Below are positions 12,177 through 24,845 of a stretch of DNA of 64,000 nt, one piece after another (within the stretch, counting starts at the first letter, position 1; each line of letters starts with the position of its first letter). This DNA is from Dendrobates tinctorius (lineage: Eukaryota): positions 7,626,001 through 7,690,000 of the forward strand of contig NW_027361869.1 in NCBI RefSeq assembly GCF_039654945.1. Reading direction: 5' to 3'. The notes below the pieces were generated by a model. That model did no database searches. It was not told the origin of the DNA and worked only from the letters and a program-made list of their open reading frames with translations. Made by a program: the position numbers and the translations under genes.

Positions 12177-12919
12177 GCTCTGTGTGTAGAAATTGCATTT
12201 TGTGTCTCCTCTTTTCTCCCAATATTCCCCTTTTGCACAATAGTTGGGTCACATAAATCCAGGAATATCTCACAGTTTTCTCCCCGGAGATGCGTCTGGT
12301 TGGGGAGTGAGTCGCATTATGAAGCTGCCCCTTATCAGTTCTCTTCCACCATTACAGGCCTCAGCGGTCACAGCTCCACAATGGGTGAGACCAGATTTTA
12401 GCAGGTCATTGCAATCAGCCGCCGATGTGGATCATCTCCTGATGTGGAGCATCTGTCACCCCCAATACTCCGCACATACGGGGTACAGGGAGGTCACAGG
12501 TCAGGGAGGCGGCAGTCAGCGGAGCCATCGCCTGTGTTACCCTTCTGGGCTCTCAGCAGCTCCAGGTCGTCCCCACATCGTACAATCAGCGTCCTGTACG
12601 ATAGACATTGTAGTAAAGATCCCTGTGATGGTGACAGGAGCCGGGAACAGGAGGAACGAGTTCCCCCAGCAGATGTATCTTCCCGGATACACAGCGATGT
12701 GCAGATCTGGAGGACGACGGCGATGATCCCGGGACCTCCTCTCCGCTCTTCCCCGGCGTCTCTGCTAGTGACAGCTACAGACGGTCGGTGGAGAAGATGG
12801 CGAAGAAGAAGAAGCGGCGGAGGAAGCGCGCTCTGCTGTCCGGTGTCAGCCGGTAAAGGGCTTTTATTCCGGGCAGGGAAGCACAAGGGGAGAGCGGAGC
12901 TTCACTCGTTCGCAGCTGG

Positions 12920-13015
12920 GAAGAGGCGGGGCATGTATGCAGTGTCAGCCAATAGATGCTCAGGACGGTGTAGCTCAGCAGCCAATCAGTGCACAGTAAG
13001 CCTGTACATGTAACA
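12920..13015 (+). promoter_or_regulatory. H1 promoter (GC box, two CCAAT boxes, TATA-like TGTAA)
   Basis: GAGGCGGGG at ~12922, GCCAAT at 12948 and 12981, TACATGTAA at ~13005. Confidence 0.65.
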
Positions 13016-13084
13016 GACGCCTCCGGCTCCGGCCTTAGTGTTTTCCTATCGGGAGATTTTTGTGTTTTGGCTCCGTAGCACAGG

Positions 13085-13702
13085 ATGGCAGAGACCGCGC
13101 CAGCCGCCGCTCCCCCTCCCGCAGAACCGGCTGCCAAGTCCAAGAAGCAGCCAAAGAAATCCGCCGCCAAGAGCAGCAAGAAATCCTCCGGTCCTGGCGT
13201 CTCCGAGCTGATCGTGAAAGCCGTGTCAGCCTCTAAGGAGCGCAGTGGGGTGTCTCTGGCCGCCCTGAAGAAGGCGCTGTCTGCCGGAGGGTACGATGTA
13301 GAGAAGAACAACAGCCGCCTGAAGCTGGCCGTCAGGTCTCTGGTCACCAAGGGCACCCTCCTCCAGGTGAAGGGCAGCGGCGCCTCCGGGTCCTTCAAAC
13401 TCAACAAGAAGCAGGAGACTAAAGTGGCCAAGAAGTCAGCAGCCAAGCCCAAGAAACCCGTTGCTGCTAAGAAAGCCGCCAAATCTCCGAAGAAGCCCAA
13501 GAAGGCTCTGACCACGGCCAAGAAGAGCCCGAAAAAGGCCAAGAAGCCCGCAGCTGCCAAGAAAGCGGCCAAGAGCCCCAAGAAGTCGAAAGCCGCTCCC
13601 AAGCCTAAGAAGGCGACGAAGAGTCCGGCTAAAAAGGCGGCCAAACCTAAAGCTGCCAAGAGTCCGGCTAAGAAAGCCAAGAAGCCCGCGGCCAAGAAAT
13701 AA
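13085..13702 (+). CDS. H1: Linker histone H1 (somatic, replication-dependent)
   Basis: [12 protein letters not shown]-terminus; globular domain [30 protein letters not shown]...[10 protein letters not shown]; Lys/Ala/Pro tail with SPKK motifs; stem-loop. Confidence 0.98.
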   Translation: MAETAPAAAPPPAEPAAKSKKQPKKSAAKSSKKSSGPGVSELIVKAVSASKERSGVSLAALKKALSAGGYDVEKNNSRLKLAVRSLVTKGTLLQVKGSGASGSFKLNKKQETKVAKKSAAKPKKPVAAKKAAKSPKKPKKALTTAKKSPKKAKKPAAAKKAAKSPKKSKAAPKPKKATKSPAKKAAKPKAAKSPAKKAKKPAAKK

Positions 13703-13729
13703 GTTGCGGACCCAGTTCTTTTACACAAA

Positions 13730-13745
13730 GGCTCTTTTCAGAGCC
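13730..13745 (+). terminator. Histone 3' stem-loop (H1); HDE AGAGCTGTA at 13762-13770
   Basis: GGCTCTTTTCAGAGCC-ACCAC-CCTGTCCCCGC-AGAGCTGTA. Confidence 0.96.
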
Positions 13746-14141
13746 ACCACCCTGTCCCCGCAGAGCTGTATGATCGGTGCCACCACCCTGTCCTCGTAGA
13801 GCTGTATGATCGGTGCCACCACCCTGTCCCCGCAGAGCTGTATGATCAGTGCCACCACCCTGTCCCCGCAGAGCTGTATGATCTGAGCCACCACCCTGTC
13901 CTCGTAGAGCTGTATGATCAGTGCCACCACCCTGTCCCCGCAGAGCTGTATGATCAGTGCCTCCACCTCCTCCCCGCAGAGCTGTATGATCAGTGCCTCC
14001 ACCTCCTCCCCGCAGAGCTGTATGATCAGTGCCACCACCCTGTCCCCGCAGAGCTGTATGATCAGTGCCTCCACCTCCTCCCCGCAGAGCTGTATGATCA
14101 GTGCCTCCACCTCCTCCCCGCAGAGCTGTATGATCGGTGCC
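13739..14141 (+). repeat. 36-bp satellite, array C (~11 units), starting inside the H1 stem-loop
   Basis: The first unit is CAGAGCCACCACCCTGTCCCCGCAGAGCTGTATGAT, i.e. the H1 processing signal itself. Confidence 0.96.
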
Positions 14142-14451
14142 TTCAGGTGACAGTTCTGTGTAATGGAGGGAAGGGGCCGATGTGCAGCAGAAATCACGTT
14201 ACTTCCATCATCCTAATTATCACCACCTGTAACCCACATCTTAGTAAGAGTGGTGTGAGGTTATAACTCCGATGTGAGAGTTGGAGCGTCAGTGACTGAT
14301 TATAGAGGAGCTGCTGTACCGCTCTGGGTACTGGGAATATAGAATCGGAGCTTCCGCTGTAGAAGCCGCCTGGAGATTGGATGTGACCCTGTGTATCAGA
14401 GCAGTGGGTGATAGCTGAACTGTGAGTCAGGTTGAGCCTTCTCTGTACAGT

Positions 14452-15024
<573 letters not shown>

Positions 15025-15055
15025 ATCTGTCCTGCCCACCTGACTGCAACACAAA

Positions 15056-15071
15056 GGCTCTTTTCAGAGCC
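15056..15071 (+). terminator. Histone 3' stem-loop (H3)
   Basis: GGCTCTTTTCAGAGCC-ACCCA, with HDE AAGAAGAGC downstream. Confidence 0.96.
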
Positions 15072-15114
15072 ACCCAATCCTCCCTCAAGAAGAGCGAATT
15101 CCTGACCTATAATA

Positions 15115-15450
15115 CTGCCGGCTTTGCTACCAACCATGGTCCTGATCATGCTCGTGGTGGTGAGGCTGGTAGTTTTGCTACCCCTGCTGATGCTGGCATG
15201 GCAGGTGGTGCAAATGACCTTTTTTGGGGTTATGGGCAGAGTATTAAAAAACAACTAGACTTGAGAAGGCCTAACAGATGGACAGGCAACTTCCATCATG
15301 TTGGTGTTACTGTTAATAGTCGCCGGCCTTCTGTCTGCGGCAACCACACTGCTTCTTCCTGGCTGTTGGGGCGCTATGCCTCCCTCCCCCTATGCTGCTG
15401 TCCTCACTTTGCATGTCCTCCTGCTAGCTTGGGTCAGTTACTATATCATC
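15115..15450 (-). pseudogene. Degenerate hAT transposase fragment (BED zinc-finger region)
   Basis: The minus frame reads FFNTLPITPKKVICTTCHASISRGSKTTSLTTTSMIR, paralleling FFEQNPHDQAKVICKKCAKTFSRGKNLKNLNTSCMLR of the intact transposase. Boundaries approximate. Confidence 0.7.
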
Positions 15451-16275
15451 CACCACTTCATCCTGCTAAACACTGTCTCTTGTGCCTCCTTCGAGCCTGC
15501 CACCTGGTTCCAGCAGTCATGGTACTTTATTTCCCAGGGCGTTCTGATGCTTCCTGTATCCCTGGGTGGTCCTTACCAGGTCAGCTCGCCCAGGGTGGGT
15601 TGGAATCATGGCCCAGAGGGTCCACTCCAGGAGTCCTCACACGAACAAGGGTGGGTGGTTTTGCTGGGCGTAAAATACTGGTTATGGAAAAGGTTGAGGT
15701 GTAACCCACAGGGCAACATGTTTGCCAGCCAACACACTTAGTGTATGGGCATTACAAGTCTAGGAGATCTGGTTCTTTTTTTAATGAGACATTTTTTAAA
15801 AGGCCCTCTATATTTTATTCCAAGGGGGGATTGGAGTTATTGGGGTGCATATGACTTGGTAGCAGGGCAGGCCTTGCCGTGAATCCATAATACATGAGGG
15901 TGTGCACGAATATATGGGGAGTATACAGCACTGTATGGATACAGGATATTCAACTATAAAATACTATATGTTGGATTATCAGCACTATATGGAGGTATAT
16001 AATACTACTTGAAGGGTATACTGCACAATGTGTCCGTATACAACAGTATTTGGCAGCTTACAGCACTATATGGGGGTATACAGCCACATATGATGTTATA
16101 TAGAACAATATGGAGGGCCCACAGCACTTTGTGCAGAGTATTCAGCAATATGTAGGTATCAGCACTACCTTATGCTCATGTCACTATATGGAGGGTATCC
16201 AGCACTATGTGAGCCTATACATACAATAGCTATTTGGGGTTTACAGCACTATATGGGGGTATTCTGTAGATGATT

Positions 16276-16449
16276 CTGAATGGGAGGAGACACGGATTAG
16301 ATATTAAAGAGAACTTTTTGACAGTGAGGATGATCAATAAGTGGAACAGGCTGCCACTGGAGGTGTTGAGTTCTCCTTCAATGGAAGTCTTCAAACAGAG
16401 GCTGGACAGACATCCGTCTGGGAGGATTTAATGAATCTTGCACTGAGCT
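16276..16449 (+). mobile_element. CR1 LINE 3' fragment
   Basis: CTGAATGGGAGGAGACAC...AACAGAGGCTGGACAGACAT matches the ORF2 end of the full CR1. Confidence 0.85.
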
Positions 16450-17268
16450 GGAACATTCCATGATTCAGGCTTATATAGAACAGATGCTCTCGGATTTGTG
16501 TCTGCAGCACTAGATGGGGAGTATACAGCACACGTAGGCTTTGTAGTGCTGTATACCACCCAGTAGGTGGTATGGAGGATGTGCAGCACCGTACGGGGTG
16601 TGTATACATTGCCTGCAGCTCCAGGGCTGATCAGTCTCAACTCCACTTCCAGCAGTGATCGGAGCGGACCCCACACGGAGACCCGGTAACGTTATATCTG
16701 GGCGTCTCCGTGTGGGGTCCGCACTGATCACAGGAGGCCGCATCTAGCACAGATCGGATGATACAATCCGCACATGTTCTACCAGGAGGAGCCCGATGTG
16801 CTGAGCGCTGCCGGGAGAACACGTGTACATGAGGAGCAGCAGGTAGAAGGGCAATAAGGAGTTAAACGGAGGAGGAAGCACGTCTATCGATTGGTCGGTT
16901 CCTGTGGGCGGAGCTTTATAACCGTTTGATGGTTTGAATCTCCCGCTCAGTCGTGCTCTCGGCCCTCGATCATTAACCCTTCAGTGACTGGATTTCTGCT
17001 CTGTAGTGACCACATCACAGCGAGGTATGTACTGTGGTGCAGAGATGTCTGTGCTGCACAGTGCGGATATACTGTATGCCCCCAGAACCTGGCAGCTGTA
17101 TATTATAGATCAAGGAGAATAAACCACATCACCCCAAGTCCGCGGTGCCAGCTCCAATATGGAAGGAGGAAAGTGCAAGACACATGCCAGGCTGTGACAA
17201 CTAGTATACTTACAGGCACCAGATTGCAGGAATAGGAAATCGTAGCCTCTCAGGTAGAAGATGTGGGT

Positions 17269-17284
17269 GGCTCTGAAAAGAGCC
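17269..17284 (-). terminator. Histone 3' stem-loop (H4 copy 2)
   Basis: GGCTCTGAAAAGAGCC on +, i.e. GGCTCTTTTCAGAGCC on -. Confidence 0.96.
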
Positions 17285-17314
17285 TTTGGGTTATCAGCAC
17301 AGAAAAGAATACAA

Positions 17315-17737
<423 letters not shown>

Positions 17738-19519
17738 TTACAGAATCCACATGAGCTCCTCCCTTCCTCTGCTGTTTGGCTGAGCACAGAACTGTTGGAG
17801 AGTTTGAATTTCCCGCTCATTGTTCAGTTTCCCTTTTCTTTCCAGCTTGTAATATAATGTCACTTCTTCCCCTGTGATGAGAATTATTCCAGATTCAGCC
17901 TATAGATAAATGGGCAGCACAAATAGAGGGGAGCAGACACGGCCCCAGTATATGTCAGGAGGACAGAACAGACTGTAACCACAGATATTACAGGCAGCCG
18001 CCCAGGGGATCTCACACCGGTAGATACACTGCCTGATATAAGGCTCAGTCCTCAGTAATCACAGGATCTCCGGTTTTCATAGAGAATATTACATTTATAT
18101 TAACCCCAGGGCTAAGCCCTCTCTGCCTTTATTCAGGTCTTATATTCCCGCATTAGGGACATTTGTGCTATGATAGGAGTCATCATTACTTCGGGCAATT
18201 ATGACACTATTGTCCTTATATTTGTGTTTTCTTCTTCCCCTGGCAATGATTCTTTTTTCCACCACATCATAGCTCACATTGCTGCAGAGTAGGGACCTGC
18301 TGTCAGCTACAATTAATTAGGAAAAACAATTATTAACATAATGACAGAAAAGGCTGAAAATCAGAGCTCAGCAGTGATCCTGACTGATCCCAGCCGCCAA
18401 TATCGCCCCATATCCTGCAGTAATTATTTAAAAAACATCTGTGAGGAGGATGTGATGGGAGATGATGTCATGACATGTCTGACCTAGAGGATCCTCACAT
18501 CACAGTGTAATGTATTGTGCACTGAGCTCTCGGCAATCTTCTCTACATGATCGCACATTTCCCATCACAGACCTCCTGCCTGGAGCTGCAGGTGGGATCT
18601 GCTTAGAAGAGCAGAATTGGTCTCCCCTGAAATGTCTCTTGTAGGATACATCTCTAGCCAATATATTGTCTCCACAATACTGATTATGACGAGAAAGGGA
18701 GATGTGATCGCCTGCAGGTCAGACACACGGGGCATCACAGCATCTGCCTAACGCGGATTCATTCTCTAACCAGGAACAGCTGCAGACTCCTGTATGGGAT
18801 GTAAGCGACCAGCGACCTCTCAACACCTGCAGATTCCCCGACATCGCTCCGTCCTGGGACCGCGCGTTATATGGAGACAAAGAACAGAAAAAGCGGGAAC
18901 TGCAAACGTGTCAACCATTGGGAACATTAGCTCCTCCCCTCCCTCTGCGGATTGGCTGAACACAGGACGGTTAGGGGGTTTGAATTTCCCGCTGCTTCTA
19001 AAATGTCGTCACCGCTTCCCTTTACAGTGAAGACTCCAGCATAATCTCTAGATAAAACTGCACCGACTACAAATGTCTCCTGTTATTTGAGGAAAAACAC
19101 GAGAATCATGAACTAAGTGCAGAGAGGAAAATCGTCAGCTCACTGTCTGGTGCTGCATGGGGGAGAAAATTCAGTCTCAAAGCATCCCGGCTTAGAAAGT
19201 GTTATTAGTCATCATGGTGTATCATGAACTAAACCGAATCATGTTATACCAAATGAATGAGACCCCAGAATATCAAGATCTGTGGAGCAAGGGGTTAAAG
19301 AGTAGTCCCTGAACACAGAGCAACTTATGGAGAAGTGACCAGGTTATTATTTAGAAGGTCCTCGGTTCTCACAATCTCCTTGGTAGCATTCATCATCCCT
19401 ACTTCCTTCACCTGTCACTTCCCGTCACTAGACGCAGAGACCCAGGCGGTGGAGCAGACAACTCGGGGAGACGGGAAAGGACACAGGAGCAGCCACAGCT
19501 CTGATGGAGATGGGGTGGT

Positions 19520-19535
19520 GGCTCTTAGAAGAGCC
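19520..19535 (-). terminator. Histone 3' stem-loop (H2B)
   Basis: GGCTCTTCTAAGAGCC-ACCAC-CCCATCTCCAT-CAGAGCTGT on the - strand. Confidence 0.95.
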
Positions 19536-19569
19536 TTTGGGGTGATGGCGGAGCAGCAGACTGAGCAGA

Positions 19570-20657
<1,088 letters not shown>

Positions 20658-20690
20658 GCGCTGCCGCCGATCTCTGTCCACAACACCAAA

Positions 20691-20706
20691 GGCTCTTCTA
20701 AGAGCC
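20691..20706 (+). terminator. Histone 3' stem-loop (H2A)
   Basis: GGCTCTTCTAAGAGCC-ACCCA...CAAGAGCTG. Confidence 0.95.
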
Positions 20707-21753
20707 ACCCACACCGTCGCCACAAGAGCTGACGCCGCTGATCTCTGCGTGCTCACATGGGACTGACGTTAGACACCACGGGCTGCCGCCACCAGTTTGT
20801 AGGTTGGTGCCCATACACACTTGATTCCGGGGTTCAACACAAAACACTGAGGATGCCCATGTCTGGGTTATCACATGAAGCCTCAGACCTGTGTGGGGAG
20901 AGGAGTCCTCGAATAGTCACAGGAAATGTCCCTCATTAGTGAATGTCTTGATACTCGGGCCCCTGACTCCGCTGTGGAGATTACATGCGGTTATCACGTC
21001 CCGGAGTATCGGGGGATGGCGGCCGGTGATTGTCCACATCAGTGACTGCTGCTCCTCCCGGAGGGCGATCCCGTGATGGCGGCTCTGGAGGGCCGGACTC
21101 TGCGCGGTTCTCTGTGTGACCGGATTGTGATGTCCGCTAATAATCCTCGGCGGAAGAAGAGCGGGAAGTTCAAATCCCCAAACGGATCCTGCGATCAGAC
21201 AATGAGCGGGAATCCTCGGTTAAGCGCCGCCCTCAGCCTTCAGTGATGTACATAGACGCCTTTCCTCCTCTGTTTAACCTCTTACTTGCCTTGTTCCTGC
21301 TGATCCCCTCTTATTTACCAGTGTTCACAGATGCGCCACCTTCATCTCACATCGGGCTCCTCGAGAACATCTGCTGCTTATAGCCCCCTGTAATCAGTGC
21401 AGAAACAGCTGGGAGTCCCGATAATACTGTAAGTGACTGAGGAGATTGCGGCACGTGCAGATCGAGCTAATTGCCATCATTGGTGAAAAGTCCTAGAGCT
21501 ACACAGCGGGTTAACCCCACATTAGTGTAGTGTAATTATCCGCAGGTTCACTGAACAAATATTATGTAACAGAAGAAAATTAATGAAGCCAATAAACCAC
21601 AAATCCTCCTGCTTTTCTGTAATTACTAAAAAAAAAAGCACAGATGAAAGCCTATGTACTAATGGGGGAGCGTGATAGGCGACGCGCTGGTTCCAGCATC
21701 AATGTGCTCTCCATCCGCATGCCATACTCCATACCCCGTCCCCCATTTTTGGC

Positions 21754-23277
21754 CTGTATGATCAGTGCCACCACTTCACCCCTGCAGAGTTCTATAATGA
21801 GTGCCACCACCTCGTCCCTGCTGACCTGTATGTTCAGTGCCACCACCTTTTCCCTGCAGACCTGTATGTTCAGTGCCACCACCTTTACATGCAGAGCTGT
21901 ATGATCAGTGCCACCACCTTTTCGCCGCAGAACTGTATAATCAGTGCCACCACATTGTCAACGCAAGCTGTATGATCAGTGCCACCGCCTACTCCTTGCA
22001 GAGCTGTATGATCAGTGCCACCACCTAATCCCTGCAGAGCTTTTTGATCAGTGCCACCACGTCATCCCCTCAGGGCTACCTGATTAGTGCCACCACCTTG
22101 TACACGCAAAGCTGTCTGATCAGTGCCACCACCTTGTCCACGAAAAGTTGTATGATCAGTGCCACCACCTCGTCTCTGCAGACCTGTATGATCAGTGCCA
22201 CTACATCATCCCTGCAGAGCTTTATGATCAGTACCACCATCTTGTCCCAGCAGAGCTGTACGATCAGTGCCACCACCTATTCCCTGCAGAGCTGTATGAT
22301 CAGTGCCACCACCTCCTCCCTGCAGAGCTGTATGATCAGTGCCACAACCTCATCCCTGCAAACCAGTATGTTTAGTGCCACAACCTCCTCCCTGTAGAGC
22401 TGTCTGATCAGTGCCACCACCTTGTCCGCGCTGAGCTGTATGTTCAATAACACCACCTTTTCCCTGCAGACCTGTGTGATCAGTGCCTCCAACTTATACC
22501 TTAAGAGATGTATAATCAGTGCAAACACATTGTCCCCGCAAAGCTGTATGATCAGTGCCACCACCTGGTCCTTGCAGAGCTGTATGATCAGTACCACCAC
22601 CTTATCGCCGCAGAGGTGTATGATCAGTGTCACCACCTTGTCAATGCAGAGCTGTATGATCAGTGCCACCACCTTGTCCCTGCAGGTCTGTAGGATCTGT
22701 GCCACTACCTCATCCCTGCAAAGCTGTATAATCAGTGCCACCACCTCCTCTCTGCAGAGCTGTATGATCTGTGCCACTACCTCATTCCTGAAGAGCTGTA
22801 TGATCAGTGCCACCACCTCCTCCCTGAAGAGCTGTATGATCAGTGCCACCACTTCCTCCCCGCAGAACTGTATGATCAGTGCCACCACCTCATCCCTACA
22901 GAGCTGTAAGATCAGTGACACAACCTTGTCCCTGCAGAGCCTTATGATCAGTGCCACCGCCTCCTCCCCACAGAGCTGTATGATCAGTGCAACCACCTCA
23001 TCACTGCAGAGCTGTATCTTCAGTGCCACCACCTCATCCCTGCAGAGCTGTATGATCAGTGCCACTACCTCATCACTGCAAACAAGTATGTTCAGTGCCA
23101 CCACCTCCTCCCTGTAGAGCTGTCTGATTAGTACCACCACCTTGTCCACGCTGAGCTGTATGTTCAGTGCCACCACCTTTTCCCTGCAGAGCTGTATGTT
23201 CAGCACCACCACCTCCTCCCTGCAGAGCTGTATTATCAGTACCACCACCCTGTCCCCGCAGAGTTGTATGATCAGTG
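21754..23277 (+). repeat. 36-bp satellite, array D
   Basis: About 42 diverged units. Confidence 0.95.
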
Positions 23278-23703
23278 GTGGCATTTATGCACATGTAATC
23301 GAAGTACATGCATCAAAGTACTACTGTCAGTTATAGCATGGCAGTTAGACAGGGCAGGAGACAGGTAAGACATTTATATACATCTACTCCCTGTACATTT
23401 GGAGCACATCTCCAGGGGAAGAGTCTTGAGGAGATCATTTGCATATTCCCAGTGCCTCCTGGGATAAGTGAAGAGTCTCCGCGAGCTCAACGATCACTGG
23501 GTTTTGGCCGTTGCAGCTGAAAAAAGGAAATCGGAAAACCAGGGGAAGAGTCTTGAGGAGATCATTTGCATATTCCCAGTCCCTTCTGGGATAAGTGAAG
23601 AGTCTCCGCGAGCTCAACGATCACTGGGTTTTGGCCGTTGCAGCTGAAAAGAGGAAATCGGAAAATTTTGGCTCATCTTTCATCGTTTTTAAGAAATCTC
23701 AAG

Positions 23704-24666
23704 ATGGAAGAGGCCAGGAGCCATTTGGTGAGCTGCATTTCTTGCTACATGTTCACAGATTTACCAGTGGAAAAGCCAAACTTCACATGCCACAAATGCA
23801 AGCTTGTGTCCCTGTTGGAGGAAAAGTTGCAAAATCTCGAAGAGAGGTTAGCTACGTTGAAGATCATTAAGGAAGGTGAAGAGTTCTTGGACAGAGCAGA
23901 ATTATCTCTTCATGTTACAGAAAGAGAAGAAATTCGAAGTGCACCTGAAGAAACAGAGGAATGGAGACATGTAACCCAGAGAAGCAGGAGGATCAGGAGG
24001 CAGTCAGCACCCATACTGCTCAGAAACCAGTACCAGGCTCTCACGCAGGAAAACGATGAAGAAATACATCAGGATAAGACTTTGCCAACAAACAGCAACC
24101 TTGTACGCCTTCAGAGTCCTCTTGGATGGAGAAAGAAAAATGTTGTGAAGAAGAAACGGAGAGTGGTGGTCATGGGGGATTCCCTGTTGAGAGGAACAGA
24201 GGCCGCTATCTGCAGACCGGATATAACTTCAAGAGAAATGTGCTGTCTTCCAGGTGCAAAAATTAAAGATGTGTCTGACAGGATATCAGGACTCTTCAGA
24301 CCTACAGATGACTACCCATTCCTGCTACTACATGTGGGGACAAATGACACCGCAAGAAACGACCTGGAAACCATCTGCAGAGACTTTGAAGACTTAGGCA
24401 AGAAAGTGAAAGAACTGGGAGCGCAGGTGGTCTTCTCTTCCATCCTCCCAGTGGATGGCCATGGAACAAGGAGGTGGAATAAGATTCTGCAGGTGAACAA
24501 CTGGCTACGTCGATGGTGCCGTCAGAAACGATTTAGATTTCTGGATCACGGAGTGAACTACTTATACAATGGACTACTTGCTAGAGATGGGGTGCACCTT
24601 ACGAAGACTGGAAAGCATGTATTTGGAAGTCGCCTTGCTACACTTGTAAGGAGAGCTTTAAACTAG
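23704..24666 (+). CDS. CR1 ORF1: zinc finger/coiled coil plus SGNH (GDSL) esterase
   Basis: CISC...CHKC; VVVMGDSLLRG, CCLPGA, LHVGTND, DGVHL. Start probably MEEARS at 23704. Confidence 0.9.
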   Translation: MEEARSHLVSCISCYMFTDLPVEKPNFTCHKCKLVSLLEEKLQNLEERLATLKIIKEGEEFLDRAELSLHVTEREEIRSAPEETEEWRHVTQRSRRIRRQSAPILLRNQYQALTQENDEEIHQDKTLPTNSNLVRLQSPLGWRKKNVVKKKRRVVVMGDSLLRGTEAAICRPDITSREMCCLPGAKIKDVSDRISGLFRPTDDYPFLLLHVGTNDTARNDLETICRDFEDLGKKVKELGAQVVFSSILPVDGHGTRRWNKILQVNNWLRRWCRQKRFRFLDHGVNYLYNGLLARDGVHLTKTGKHVFGSRLATLVRRALN

Positions 24667-24845
24667 AACAACATGGGAAGGGAAGCAAAAGACCAGAAAA
24701 AGCCATACATCTGACAAATGCTATTGAGAACTCTGCTATTAGAAGTTAAAAGGAAGAACAAAGACAAAAGAATCTAATTAATAAAAATATTGGAGAAAGA
24801 GAAACCAATCACAAACTAAAATGTTTCTATACTAATGCACAAAGC

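Noticed and set aside
12775-13728. 317-aa antisense ORF over H1 (likewise antisense ORFs over H4, H3, H2A)
   Set aside because: Shadow ORFs caused by GC-rich histone codon usage.
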